DNA of 64,000 nucleotides from Octopus vulgaris (lineage: Eukaryota). Positions 23,713 through 37,989 of the stretch are shown piece after piece (position 1 is the stretch's first letter; every line of letters starts with the position of its first letter). The translations under genes and the position numbers were made by a program. The notes below the pieces were generated by a model. It worked only from the letters and a program-made list of their open reading frames with translations. It was not told the origin of the DNA and searched no databases. The DNA lies in contig OX597815.1 in NCBI GenBank assembly GCA_951406725.2, positions 146,506,001 to 146,570,000 of the forward strand, read 5' to 3'.

Positions 23713-24456
23713 ATATATAGTTTACTAAATTGTATATAGATATGCTGATGCATATATAGAGTTGTACATGCAGAAATACACTGATACATGAACATCTCCT
23801 TGCGTGTGTGTCTGTGTTTACATACATGTATATGCACAAACATGCACACATACCCACACTTATATATATATAATATAAATAAGCAACAAGGATATCCAGA
23901 GGTAATGCAGTACGATCGTTTCATGCGACTCCATTTAACTGAAGAATACAAATATTACATCAGTTTTAAAATGTAGAGCAATCTTCAGCTGCATAAAAAG
24001 TATAGAATTTAGTTAAATTCAAATGATTCATTTGAATAGTTATTCCATTAATCAAAATCACAAAAAGGATAAGTAGATAGACAAAGGACAAGTTTTATCA
24101 GCAATATCATAGTAGGAGTTACTACTATGATATGTAAAGTTCCAACCCAGATTTGATACAATACAAGAACAAAAATACACATGAAAGTCTATATAGTGAT
24201 AATTTGTCAACCAATACTAGATTTAAATCGCCCCTGACAGATATATTATTACAGAAATAATTGCTATTCATATTTTTCTATCTCTCTTTATTGTGTAGGA
24301 TGTGGTATAGTGTGTTACCAGTGCATATTGCTTAAACTGCAGGGTAAGCCTCCAAAACAGTACCATGCAAGTTTGACCTATGTAACTGTTGCATTTGAGA
24401 AGCTTACAGTTTTTGGTATCTCACTCATAAATTTATTTGTCTTTCTAAGCGTGACC

Positions 24457-24620
24457 TATGTATGTATGTATGTATGTATGTATGTATGTATGTATGTATG
24501 TATGTATGTATTATGTATGTATGTATGTATGTATCTATGTATGTATGTATGTATGTATGTATGTATGTATGTATGTATGTATGTAGTATGTATGTATGTA
24601 TGCATGTTTGTATGTATGTA
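24457..24620. repeat. (TATG)n microsatellite; other tetranucleotide tracts (TCTA)n 25186-25272 and (CCTA)n/(TCTA)n 59894-60037
   Basis: Seen directly. Confidence 0.97.
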
Positions 24621-25184
24621 TTTACGTATATGAGTTGTTGGAAAAAAAATTTTTGAAGTGCTTTGTTGAATATTTACATCTATATAACTGCAATTCCGTA
24701 ATTAGATATTTAAATTTGATTCTAAAATTTTGAAGGCTTTTGATGTAAACAATTACCCCTGGGAATTTAGTCACAAAACATTCGAGATTTTAGCTTTTGT
24801 TTACAAAATATTTCACCATTCTCGTGAGATACGAAATACAAAGTGGACATTGACGAAAGGGGAGATTATTTAATCTGACACTAATACCGATGGGGATTTT
24901 CCTTGGAATGTATTTATTTCCACCCGAATGCTAATATGAACGAACACACTCACAGTCACACGAGCGCAGAAATAAATTATCACACACACGAACGCACACG
25001 CATGCACACGCATGCACACACACAAACACAAACTCACACACACACATATATACACACACAAATATGTATGTATGTATGTACGTAGAAGTGTGCATTCATA
25101 CGTGGTTGAGACCGTAGAATGTGTGTGTATACCGGTGGACGAGTATCTGGTTGTGCGGCACGTGTGTATTGTATGTCTGTCTGG

Positions 25185-25310
<126 letters not shown>

Positions 25311-25837
25311 TTGTGTGTGTGTGTATATAAATATAATGTATGTGTAGTAATTTTTTTTACTCTGTCCATTATGCATTATGCGTGTGTGCGTTTGTATATG
25401 AGTGCGTGCGTGTGTGTGTGTATGTGTGTATGTATACGTGTATGTGTGCGTATGGGCAATGCAGCCAGTCCTGGAGATCGATATTTTTGGTCAAATCTCT
25501 TGAAATCGCTGTCCCAGAAAGATTGCTGTGCAATGTACGAAATCAGCCAAAGAAGCTCTGTCAAGGTCGATTTGTGGGAAATAATCAAATTCTGCTTTCT
25601 GTAAAACGATTAATTGTGATTGTGGAATGATTTTGCTGAGTCGCCGGAAATTATTTTCTTATGAAGATCTAGGAAAAAGATCGAAACATTTTATTAGAAC
25701 GATGATGTCGCTGCTGCTGCTGATGATGTTACTACTATTACTCTGGCTACTACTGTTGTTAGATTTTACTACCTTTTTGGTGAGACTGCTAATGATGATG
25801 ATAATTCTATTACTACTATTAGTGCTGGTAAAGGCTG

Positions 25838-25879
<42 letters not shown>

Positions 25880-25899
25880 GCATGAAGATATCCTTTCAC

Positions 25900-26320
<421 letters not shown>

Positions 26321-26333
26321 GTAATAATAATAG

Positions 26334-26389
<56 letters not shown>

Positions 26390-26470
26390 TTTTAAAAAGG
26401 ATTGACGTACATCTTCACAGGTAAACAGTCAAGACGAAGAGCGATTCGTTTGTAATTGATATTTTATTGG

Positions 26471-26513
26471 TTGAACGATATTTCAACAGCAAGTCTGTCT
26501 TTGTCAAGTTCAA
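26471..26513 (-). ncRNA. Minimal HHR-like motif (left arm)
   Basis: Reverse complement ttgaac-TTGACAA-a-gacag(acttg)ctgtt-GAAA-taTC-gttcaa: 6-bp stem I, 5-bp stem II, degenerate core. Confidence 0.6.
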
Positions 26514-27861
26514 AATAAGAACTGATAGAAATTCAAAATTATTAAAAATTTAAATGTAAAATATGAATAAGAGCAGCCAGCGTCCACACGATGATGGAAT
26601 GATATCATCGGTCTTTAAGTTTCAGTTTTATAACAGGCGAAAAGAAAAAGACAAAACAGAAGACAGAAACAAAAGACAGAAAAAAGAGGAAAGAGAAAAG
26701 AGAAAAAGAAGAATATTAATCAAACAATTTTGTATAAATTTGATATTCTGATATTTTATTCATTCCTCCAGGGCGTGATGTTAATAACCCGCAAACATAT
26801 TTCTTCACATGCATTCTGAGAAGTGAAAGTGGAGTAGATTCAGAATATTTTCTGAGAATATGCAATTTCAAGTCTTTTACAAAACTGCACCCGTTTGAAA
26901 CGAAAGGTTCGGCAAGTTCTGTCGAACTACTGTTATAGTGCCTGATGTTGAATCTGTGCCCATTAAACCTTTTTGTTTAATTGTTCTGTTGTACAACTAA
27001 CATAAATCAAATTGCGTTTCGTGCATTCTGCCGCGTGCACCAAATGGGAATCTCTACCTGTCTCAACATTTGTATAAATCATAACATTTCTGTTATGATT
27101 CCTGATGGAATTCACTTGACTCATGTTGTTGCACTATGAACAGCGCTTACCTCTCTTGCGGCTGTTTTTCAAGGTACAGCGTGCAGTTACAACAATGTTC
27201 GTTTTCTTGGAGCTAGAAATAGAGGTCAATAATTCTCTTATATTCTTATTCCGTCTAAAGGCTACAATAGGCGGCTGAGGAAATATCTGTTTGAAACGAC
27301 GAAATTTTTTTGCCACATGCTGGTAACTTTCATGCAGCACTTTTGAAATGCCAGCGAAATTTCGGTGCCAGTTAATCACTAAAGCAATTCTGTCATTTAA
27401 TGCATTGTGTTTAGTGAAATTATGCGCGAAGGTTTGACTATCTTTGCTAATTTTAGCTACTTCATTTGCTGTCTCCTTTAATCGTGATTCATTGTAACCG
27501 CGTTTGGCATAATGATGTACAAATGAAAAAAACTCGAAAATGCATATTCTCAGAAAATATTCTGAATCTGCTTCACTTTCACTTCTTAGAATACATGAGG
27601 AGAAATATGTTTGTGTGTTATTAACATCACGCCCTGGAGGAATGAATAAAATGACAGGACAATATCATCCAATTTATACAAAGCAGTTTGATTAAATATT
27701 CTTCTTTTTCTCTTTTTATCATCTCTCTTTATGTCTTTTTTCTATTCGCCTGTTATGAAATTGAAACTTAAAGACTGATGATGTAATTCCATCAACGCTG
27801 GTTGCTCTCGTTCATACTCTACGTTCAAGTTTCTATAATTTTTAATTTTTATCACTTCTTA

Positions 27862-27904
27862 TTGAACTTGACAAAGACAGACTTGCTGTTGAACTGTCGT
27901 TCAA
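27862..27904 (+). ncRNA. Minimal HHR-like motif (right arm)
   Basis: ttgaac-TTGACAA-a-gacag(acttg)ctgtt-GAAC-tgTC-gttcaa. Confidence 0.5.
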
Positions 27905-27935
27905 TATCTATTACATCCGAATGGTGTTCTTCGTC

Positions 27936-27995
<60 letters not shown>

Positions 27996-28084
27996 GACGA
28001 CCTGCTGTGACCCTAGGATCAAGAGATGACCCCGGTTCAGCAGAGGGTAACGGACCATATTTTATTTTAAAAAACAATAATAAT

Positions 28085-28985
28085 CAATATGTCGCGCGAA
28101 AGATATGGGTATAAATGGAAATGAAATAATGGGCAAGGAAGAGCTGAGGAGAAGAGAAAAGAAGACCTTCTTGAAATGAGAATACAAAGACTGTTAGAAA
28201 GGAATACACAGGACGGTAAGGATAATACAGCATCGTGAGCATGGACTGCGTGAGGTGATTTTAAGCGTACCACCGAAAGCCTCATCATTATGCAAAAGAC
28301 CAGGCACTTACTACCAATTCATTGAAGTATAACATTTATAAAACTTCTGACTTCTAGAAATGCAGACTCTCAGGAAAGAGTGTGGAAAATGTGACCCACT
28401 TGATAAGTGGATGTGAGAGCCTTGCACAAAAAGAATACAATAAAGTGTGTGTGTATCTTCATTGGCGCTTATGCTGTAAATACCAATATGAAGTAACAAA
28501 GCACTGGTATGAGCATGTACCAAGTAAAGTTATGCAGGAAGTTGGAAAATAATCGATGCTCTGGAGCTATGCTTTTCAGATGGATCGTGTAATCGAACAG
28601 CGTGGACCGGATATTGTCTTATTGAATAACAGAGACAAAAACTGTCAAATCATTGATGTAGCCATACCAAATGACATGAATGTAAAGAGGGTGAGAAAAT
28701 CACAAAGTACTCCGAAATGAAAGTAGAAATGGCAAGACTGTATGGAATGCAAGAGGGTAATGTAAAAAGTGATACTAATAGTGATTAGAGCATTGTGCTC
28801 AATACCATTGAAACTTCAAGAATTCATAAGGCAACTAGAAATCTCATGCAAGTTAGATAACTTGCAAAAATTAGCCTTATTGGGCACAACGCACATCTTA
28901 AGGAGAGTACTATATTCTGACGTCCTTGTTGTGACTTGACAGATGTCACTCCGGTGCATTTTTACCTACACTGTGTTACGAAGGA
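28085..28985 (+). mobile_element. R4/Dong-type element 3' fragment (third subfamily)
   Basis: KDQALTTN, KCRL..ENVTHLISGCESLAQKEY, LHWRLC, WYEHVP, RGPDIVL..IIDVAIPND, EKITKY, LQKLALLGTTHILRRVL, covering the RLE PD-D..K endonuclease region. Confidence 0.88.
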
Positions 28986-28996
28986 ATAATTATAAT

Positions 28997-29500
28997 AATG
29001 CCGTGGAGCGAGGAAAATAGCCTAAGGGGGAATAAAAAATATCATGGAGCGAGGAAAACAGCCCACGGTGGTATACGAAAATTGCTGAAGAGCGAGGAAA
29101 AATAGCCTAAGGTGGTACATAAAAAATACCGTTCAGCCATTGTTGAAACACACGATGAAGGTCAGCGTCATCAAAACTGAAAGTTGTGTAACTAAAAAAT
29201 AATTTTAACAAGAAATGAAAAAAAAAAAAACAAAAGGAAAAGCATGGAAGAAAAAATGCACGGTTAGTTTGCAAGAGATGTTAACGCCAAGACAGATACA
29301 GAATACCGGTGGCTATGGGCGAAGAGGAGTGACCTGAAGATACAGACAGAGGTACGCATTTGCGCAGCTCAGGAACAAGCGTTAAGGACCAATTATATGA
29401 AGTGCAGAATTGACAATACTACCGATGGCGACAAATGCAGGATATGTAGTGAGAGGAGTAAAACATCGTTAGCAAATGCCTGAAATTGACGCAACGATAA
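28997..29500 (+). mobile_element. R4/Dong-type internal fragment with 5' triplication
   Basis: MHG*FARDV..WLWAKRSDLKIQTEVRICAAQEQALRTNYMKCRID..DKCRIC. Confidence 0.85.
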
Positions 29501-29534
29501 TATACACACACATACACGTATATATGCTTAAATA

Positions 29535-30370
29535 TTTAGTTAAGTTTTGCCAGAATTGGCACAGGAAATGACTAACCACTGGAACATATATTTAATGATG
29601 TTTATATAATACAGTTATTCGTGGGTGTCATAGCCCATTAAAGTATTGGGTTATTTTTTGCAGATATGTATCTGGTGTATGTGATTTATCTGGAATTTGT
29701 TTTGAATGAATGTTTTAAGATCATTTTCACCTCTTATGTGTCTTGGCATGATTTTAAAGAGCGCAGAGAAAATTGGTGTAAAGTAGTTCTCTGTTAGTTT
29801 TGTGATGTGTGGTGAGCATGATTTTTGTACAGGGTGGATGGCAGGGGAGCAAGGCTAGAGTGAATTTTAAAGTTGATGCCAAAAACATCTGCGCAATTGA
29901 TATTTTCCATATCAGACAAAGGATATAGTGTTCACGGCTGCGTGGGAAGAAATATAGTTTTATTGTTTCCAGCTGATCCCAATAACCAAGAGTCCTTATG
30001 TCATCTAATTTTCTTTCTATGATTGGACTCCGCTGTGCTTCAATCTCCCTCTTTTGTTTCGAGAACAGTATTCAAGGTGAGGCGGGTGGAGGTACAGCAG
30101 AGAAGTTTCATAGTAGGAACGTCTCTAGATCGGGTAGTCCTGAGCATCCAAAGCATCCCATGAGAGCCATGTTCATTTTCTTGTTTATATGGGTACACCA
30201 GCTTAAGTTGTTGACTGTTACTCCATGGACCCTTGCGGAGTCTGTTGTTACGAGGTTTTCTCCCGCAGGAAGAACGTATTGTAGTTTAGCTGCAGCCTCT
30301 TTACTGAGGTGGATTAATTTAAATTTACAATTGTTTAGATGTATATTGTGTTTTACTGCTCATTGAATTC
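29535..30370 (-). mobile_element. CR1/L2/Jockey-type LINE ORF2 3' fragment, old
   Basis: Minus translation NNLSWCTHI..LGYWDQLETIKLY..SREHYI..IWKI. Related to 59225-59890. Confidence 0.65.
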
Positions 30371-31280
30371 CAACGAGCAGATCCGATTGAAGATTAGCTA
30401 CTTTCCTACTTTGACGATAACCTTCAGAAGCTTAGAGACATCCGCAAAAATGACGTCAATGACGTTATTGATGTACGTATGTACGTATGCATGCATGTAT
30501 GTATGCGTGTATATATATATATATATATATGTGGATGGAATGTGTATATATATGTGCATGTAGGTGTATATATGTGTAGACTATATACATATTTACATAT
30601 ATACATTTATGAATGCATGTAGGTATGTTTATGCATGTGAGTGGGTACGCCTCTCTGTGTGTGTGTGATTATTCATATTTATAATTATATGTATATGTAA
30701 TTGAATTAAGAACACGTATGTAAATACATATGTTCATCATCGTCATAATTAATCTTATGCTCATTATTCACATCACTATATTCTTCACAATCGCTTCGTT
30801 ATGAAATAAAATCAAAACAAAAGAAAAAAAATCATATAAAAACTATGAGCAACCGCAGTTGTAAAACTAATAACAATTGAAACAATGAAATCAATAGCAC
30901 TAATAGGTTTTAAACAATAAGAAATCTATTGAGCTTTTCCAGTATTGATCACTATACAACCTGAAGCGCTTAAGAATATTAACAAACTGCAAAAATCGAC
31001 TGCAAAATCTATACAATGTGTGCTACCATTCTAATCGAATATTCTTTGTGTATTGTACATCACATATATTATTTCTTAACCACAAACATTTCCTTTACTC
31101 CTCTAGTATCCTCATCATTTCAGCTATGTTTTATTTTTATTGAAATGTCTCTCCCGCCGTACCATCACTCTTTCCTTTATATATACATGCATACACACAT
31201 GCATTCATTTGGGTGTATATATATATATATATGCATGTGTGGGTGTGTGGGTGTATGGGCATGCATACATGTATATTATT

Positions 31281-31326
<46 letters not shown>

Positions 31327-31336
31327 GTAATAATGA

Positions 31337-31377
<41 letters not shown>

Positions 31378-32565
31378 TTGACTGGATGGAATAAAAGCCA
31401 AGCAGTTAATACGTGGGCGATAGCATCACTTCGGTATGGAGCGGGAATTACAAAATGACAAAATAGAGAAATGAAGAAAATGGATAACAAGACCCCAAAA
31501 AATTTTAAATGTACAAGGCGCCTTCCAGCCTAAGTGTGACACCGATAGGTTGTACTTGTCCAGAAGAAAGGTTTGATCAATTGCCAGGACTGTATCGAAG
31601 CAGAGGAAAGCAGCCTAGGGTGATATATAAAAAATGCTGTGGAGCCACTGTTGAAACGCAAAATGATCCATTGGGAGCTCTGTAGAAACCACGTCATCAA
31701 AACTGAAAATTGTGTAACTAAAGATAAATTTAAACGAGAAATGAACAAAAGAAAATAATAAATAAAGCATAGAAGGAAAAGACAATATACGCTCAGTTTG
31801 CAAGAGATGTGACGCCAAGACAGTTACAGAGGATCAGTGGCTATTGATGAGGAGAAGTAATCTGAAGATTGAGCCAGAAGCACTCATATGCGCAACTCAG
31901 AAACAAGCGTTAAGGACCAGCTATATGAAGTGCAGAATAGACAACACTACTGATAGCGACAAATGCAGAATATATGGTGAGAAGGGTAAAACATCGTTAG
32001 TGAATGCCCGGAATTGGCACAATGATAATACGAACGACAGCCTGGCAATATGGCAAACATGATCCATTGGGAGCTCTGTAGAAACCACGGCCTACAAAGA
32101 GCAAAGACGTGGTATGAGAAAACTCCAGAAGGAATAACCGAAAATGAAAATTTCAAAATCCTATGGGACGCAATGATTCTGTGTGATCACCCGACCAGAC
32201 ATCGGAAACTGGACGCCGTTGTGGTAACAACAGGATCAATGTGAAAGAAGATGAAATGAACAACTACGACGATTTAAAGTAGGAAATACGAAGGTTGTGG
32301 TCAATGAAGAAAGCAGACATGATACCAATAGTAATCGGTGCCCTTGGAAGTATCCACACTCAACTACCAACATGGCTGAAGAAGACCGGTGAACGTGTGA
32401 AGGTAGAACACCTACAAAAGCTAGCATTGCTTGGGATTACAAAGATTCCTCACTGCGTTCTTGAATCATAATCAGTAAACAAGTGTCACTTTGGTCTACT
32501 GGCTGTGTGTGGACAACTTACACTTTCCATCATACCCAGCAAAATAAGCTGTAGCTTTTCATATA
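31378..32565 (+). mobile_element. R4/Dong-type element, 5'-truncated and decayed
   Basis: IKAK/AVNTWAIASLRYGAGI, ICATQKQALRTSYMKCRID, MIHWELCRNHGLQRAKTWYEKTPEGITENENFKILWD, IPIVIGALG, LQKLALLG. Bounded by (AAT)/(GAT)n. Confidence 0.9.
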
Positions 32566-34105
32566 TTAATAAAAATTATAATAATAATCCTTTCTGCTAT
32601 TGGCACAAGGCCTAAAGTTTTGGTGGTGCGGGCTAGTTGATTACACCAACACAAGTGTGTAACTGGTACTTATTTCATCGACCCCGAAGGAATGAAAAGT
32701 AATTTCAACTTCGGCGGAATACATGAGCTTACATTCCTATTTACACGTCAAATTAAACGAGCCCTAATATGTATTATCAACAAACTGCCGATTACGTTTT
32801 CTGTGATATTTTATATAATGCGCGCACACTTTGCTTACCAGCTAATCTAGTATGTTGAAGATTGTCTAACTACATTATAGTTGGGAGTGGATTGTGCTAC
32901 CGATCTTCCGCGCCTAAAAATTTTGTGACATGTAGTGATTTCGGAGCATAGGTTAAATTATGTTGGTTGTATAATATAATTCGAAGTTATCTATAAGTTC
33001 TCCCAACACCGGACTATCAGGGATTCATAATCTCTCACTTTTTAAAAAAAATCTCAATCCACATGCACCCTAAAGCACATTATCCAATGTTTCTTTCCTT
33101 TAAGGCAGCCGGTGGTGGTAGAATAGATTAGACTGCTTTCTGTTTCTGCATGTCAGCGTGCAACGACAATATTCCAAGTTGATCCGTGTCGAGAGCAAAG
33201 GCTAAGATGAGTTCTGGCAATGCAGGATAAATTCAAAGATATTTTGGAGTCTGATGCACTGCTTAACATATATTATAATTTTTAGACCGATATTTTGGCA
33301 AAAACCTTAGAGTAAAACGTATGCTGTTACTATCGGCTGCTCTATATAGGGCACATAATATATATAAGTGATGACGGAATATTTAAATCCAAAGAAGAAT
33401 TACCTGAAAAATCTTTGACAATGAATTTTCGAAACCTTCGTTCTGACCTATGATATAACACAACTTAGCTTAACCACTCTGCCACCATACTACAGAGATA
33501 AATATTACGTCGTACATATTCTTAATACTCTCGCAGGCAATGGAAAACAATTTAACAACGACAATAGAATAACATTTCATATTTACACTCGGTAACATTC
33601 TTGGAATTTATAACCGAAATATCCAGCTGCGATCTTAAGAATTTGCATTAGTAACAGAGAAGACGTCTGGAAAGTATATATACTGCTTCAAGATGCTAAT
33701 GTATGCTCTTGACGACAAAGAAATAAAATTCAATCTGATCATAGGTTTCAGTAAACTAGCTTGGAAAGCAATTACCACAACATCTATCAAAGATAACAAT
33801 ACACAGTTTGAAAAATGATCTCTCGTACACTTTAACACTTGGCGTAAGGTATTAGAATTGGTTTGTTATTAAATCACAGTTTGAGGAATTCATTTAGTTT
33901 CTTTGAAGCAGTAATAGAGTCTGGTTGGTATTATGCTTACGTTATTTATTCATGTATACGAATCAGTCCGAGTTAAGATGCAATGTATGGTACTCTCATC
34001 CATATGAGAACGATAACATATGTACAAATCAATTATTGGATTCACTTCAGTTGACAGGTCTTCCCGTCTCAACATTTACCATTTGAAAGCAATTACCATA
34101 ACAGC

Positions 34106-34148
<43 letters not shown>

Positions 34149-34193
34149 TTAATAATAGTAGTAGTAGTAGCAGTAGTAGTAGTAGTAGTAGTA

Positions 34194-34254
<61 letters not shown>

Positions 34255-35452
34255 GGATACAGTTATTATTAACCGCAAGGAATGATAAAAAAGATCTATT
34301 ACAGTACAGAACAATACAGAGCGAGATTATATGACAAAAATCAAATGTGTGAATGAGGAAAATAGTAAAACTATTCTTTTTATAAATCCTCAAAGCAGAG
34401 AGAGCTTCTAAGCCAGTTTTAAACCACAAAATAACTGCAGTTACATGGAACATTAAATCATTTTACAATCTTCAGACACATGCACAGACCAGGCCCTTAC
34501 ACTCATACATTTTCACCACTAAATAATGACTATAGAACACCAGGAAAGGGGAATGAATAATGGTTTTTAATCTAAGCAAAAAACTCTGCAGCTTTTAGGG
34601 TAGGAGATAGTTGATCGCAAGTGTAGGCTTTTAACCTAGGGTATAGTTGATCTTAAGTACTCGGAAAGGATGAAAAGGAAAGTCGACCTTGCAGCATTTG
34701 AACTCCAAATCTAAAACTGGAAGAAAAAAAGCATTTTGCCCGGCGCGGTAACTGTTCTACCTGCTTCCTTACCCTTATAACAACAATAATATTTTCTTCT
34801 TTTAGCCAGGAGGATGACAAATGTGGAGACAAGTAGTAAGGAAGGCAGACATAGATTGTGTGTGTTTAGAAAGAAAAGCGGATGATTAAATATAAATCAA
34901 ATTTATAGAAAAAAACAAACACCGATGACATGAAATATATGTCTATATGCTTTCATAGTCTTGTCACGAATCTACAAACTCATTAATCCGGAGCTTATTC
35001 CAGTCTTCTTGATCTATAATCGACCGAAATTAGATTCCGTTTAGCTTCTTTTTTTAATTTTTTTTTCTCCTCAGGCTAGTTGTATTTTGTATGAAGCTGC
35101 ACTGTCTCTGTTGTTATTGCTTTGGAGAATGGATGAACCCTGACTGAGCAAGTCTATAACCAAAGTGATCTTTGCAGAAAACAGTCGATTCTAATGTCAC
35201 ATTATCGGATGTGTCAACTTTTTTTCCAAATTCAGGCTTTGATTAGAAGTAGATTAGGTTATTGCAGTAGAAGGACCCTAGTAGATTGTCCCCTCATATA
35301 TGGGCTATTTACAAAAAATGTTGGAAGGTAGATTCAAACGGCTGTTAACATATACTTTACCTGCTTCTCTACACTCTTTACTTCACTTACAATTTACGTT
35401 GAAGATATAGCAATTACTATGTATACCTAACGTACTTTCTCTGTCTCATATT

Positions 35453-35663
35453 CTTTTCTACTCTGGGCACAATGCCCGAAATTTTGGGGGATTGGGGCCA
35501 GTCGATTAGATCGACCAGTACGCAACTGGTACTTAATTTATCGACCCCGAAAAAATGAAAGGCAAACTCGTTCTCTGCGGAATTTGAACTCAGAACGTAA
35601 AGATAGACGAAATACTGGTAAGCTTTTCGTCCTGTGTGCTCACATTTCTGCGAGCTCGCCGCC
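35453..35663 (-). mobile_element. SINE family B, full-length with ~17-bp TSD
   Basis: Head GGCGGCGAGCTCGCAGAAA on the minus strand. CTTTCTCTGTCTCATATT is repeated at 35435-35452 and 35663-35680. Confidence 0.9.
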
Positions 35664-37891
35664 TTTCTCTGTCTCATATTGAGTTCAAATTAAAATTAGT
35701 TAGGCTTGTATTTATGCTTAGCATTTTACATATCTTATTAAATTTAGTAGGTGAGGTCTTGTATGTATATCTAGCGTTTTCCTTCTAACGATGAATGAAT
35801 TCCGTCTTATAATTGGTTTTGTGGTTTAATTCATTACATGCATTCTACGCAGTTTTATATGAATTATTAACGCGTAAAATCCTATTTAACACTTTCTTAA
35901 CGACCTCAGTTAAGTAAATTTCAGCTTGACAATACTTTGTTGACATTATCAGAAATATTTTTTGCTGTTCTCATGTAAGAACGACGTGGTTTTATAGGTC
36001 ATGAACGATGGCTCGATATTAGAACTCGATGAAGCATAACGACGCAGAAACACATGGATTTTATGCTCCGATGACTTTATTAGTGGAACAGTGGTGTGTT
36101 TTCAAAAATATCATCTATAACATTGTCTTCTATTGAGACAATTTCTGCAGCTTATCATTTTTTCATATCCGAGTGTACGCAAACGTGTTAAATATGATTG
36201 CACACACACCTATATATGAGGTTTGCATTTATGTGTAGCGTCATATTCGTTATATTGGCTTCAAATTTAGGCACGATACCAGCTATATCCTGGAAGATGT
36301 TAAGTACTTATTTTATCGACCCTCGAGATTATGAAAGTTAAAATCAACTTCTCCTGCATTTGGACTCCGGACGCAAAACCGGAAGAAATGTAATTAGCAT
36401 ATAGTCCGGGGTGGTAATGATTCTGTCAGCTCAACGTCTTCATTATATATCTAATATCGAGGTCAGTCATAAGATTAGTTTGAAGCTTGTTCTAGTTATA
36501 CTTAACATTGTATTTATCGTATTGAATTTAGTCCTTAGCCTGATGCTTCTGATGTCTTCATAACAAGATTTTTGCCTTTGTTTACTTATTTTACCTTACA
36601 AGCTTCAACCATGACAAAGGATTTTTAAGGGTGTGTGTTTCCTATATTCTCTAATTTCAGAGCAGCCTGGATCTAATTTAGTGTTTGAAGTTTTAGTAAA
36701 CTCTTTTCATTCCTATTATACTATGTCTGAACATTTAAAAGATTCTTCAGCCGGACACTGACACTTGTAAACAGTTATTAATCATTCACATATATACGAT
36801 ACTTTACAATTCTCAGTTATAATAGTCATTAGTTGTCAGAATGCATTTCACTGTAGAAAGTATACCGTTAATAATTATGTACCTGAAGCTCTAATAATCA
36901 TGTGGATTCGAAGAAACTATAAAACGACGGACACATTACTCGTATTTAGCTACGCCCCTTTGCGACAAATGCGAATATAAATTTTTAATTCACCATTTCC
37001 GTGATAACATATAATCATGTATGTAAGAAACAGTTGATTTCAACACATAAAATTCAGTGAAACTCTCATGGCGTTATCCAGTTTAGTACTAACATTCATA
37101 AATATACTTTGATTTAAAGCACCCCACTCATAATATCACTATGTTTATATAAATTTACATGGGTGATTAAAAGGTGAGATATATCATGACATGTCTATAA
37201 TATGCATTTCTGTACTATTTATGCCATATCACAATTGCTGAATACATGCTCAGGATCATTGAAAATGACAAGAGTTCGTCTGTCACTCAGTGTAAAACAC
37301 TTTGCTCTTATAACAATTTTTCGTCAGTGTTTTGGCTACAGCATTCAGCAAAGACGTTCGTAATATACATACATGCATACCTGCTTCCCATCCTCATATA
37401 TATATAAATGATGAACTTATAATAAAGGAGAATAAAGATTTATATCCAGTTTTATTCAACAGTCCATTACTTCTTTTCGTTTCTGCTCCTACACATGTTC
37501 CTGTAGCATTTAACGAATGCACTCTACAAAATTTGCATCTTCACGTGCACTTATTGTTAGTTGCCGCATCTTATTGTTTGAACTTAACGGCATCGTTCAG
37601 ATATAATCTAACTTAATTACATGTCCACAAGAAATACACGTGGTGCTGTTATTGCTCGCAAAATAGCCTAGATCCTGAACTTTTCAAGTCTACTGGTTAG
37701 AAACAAAATAACTAGCTGTCCAAGGAATTTTAGCAGTCTAGAGACAGACCATCCTTAAAAGGTGAGTGATAGTATTAAGGCTTAATATCAGGTTAACTTA
37801 AGTATGTCTATGGAAATGCGACTACGGTACTTACTTCTATAACTTACGAATCAAAATTTGGAAATTTATCTGTAATATAAATGTGTGTATG

Positions 37892-37959
<68 letters not shown>

Positions 37960-37989
37960 CATACATATATATATGTGTATATGTATGTA

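Larger units (their letters stand above)
26431..27937 (-). mobile_element. Penelope-like element, 5'-truncated with inverted duplication of its 3' end
   Basis: Minus translation YAKRGYNESRL..INWHRNF..IFPQPPIVAFRRNKNIRELL and LVHAAECTKRNLIYVSCTTEQLNK/RFNGHR (decayed GIY-YIG). Arms at about 26431-26880 and 27525-27937, with (AAT)n on both sides. Confidence 0.88.

Noticed and set aside
28997-29140. CRISPR-like short repeats
   Set aside because: Contiguous tandem copies of retrotransposon coding sequence without unique spacers. The context is eukaryotic and no cas genes are present.
33090-35200. Isolated splice-acceptor-like sites (33104, 34805, 35074) as coding exons
   Set aside because: No convincing open frame with a matching donor, and such motifs are common in AT-rich DNA.
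36030-36095. Additional HHR-like strings (also ~30400-30445, 45295-45330, 20225-20250)
   Set aside because: Cores and stems are too degenerate to separate from chance in AT-rich DNA.
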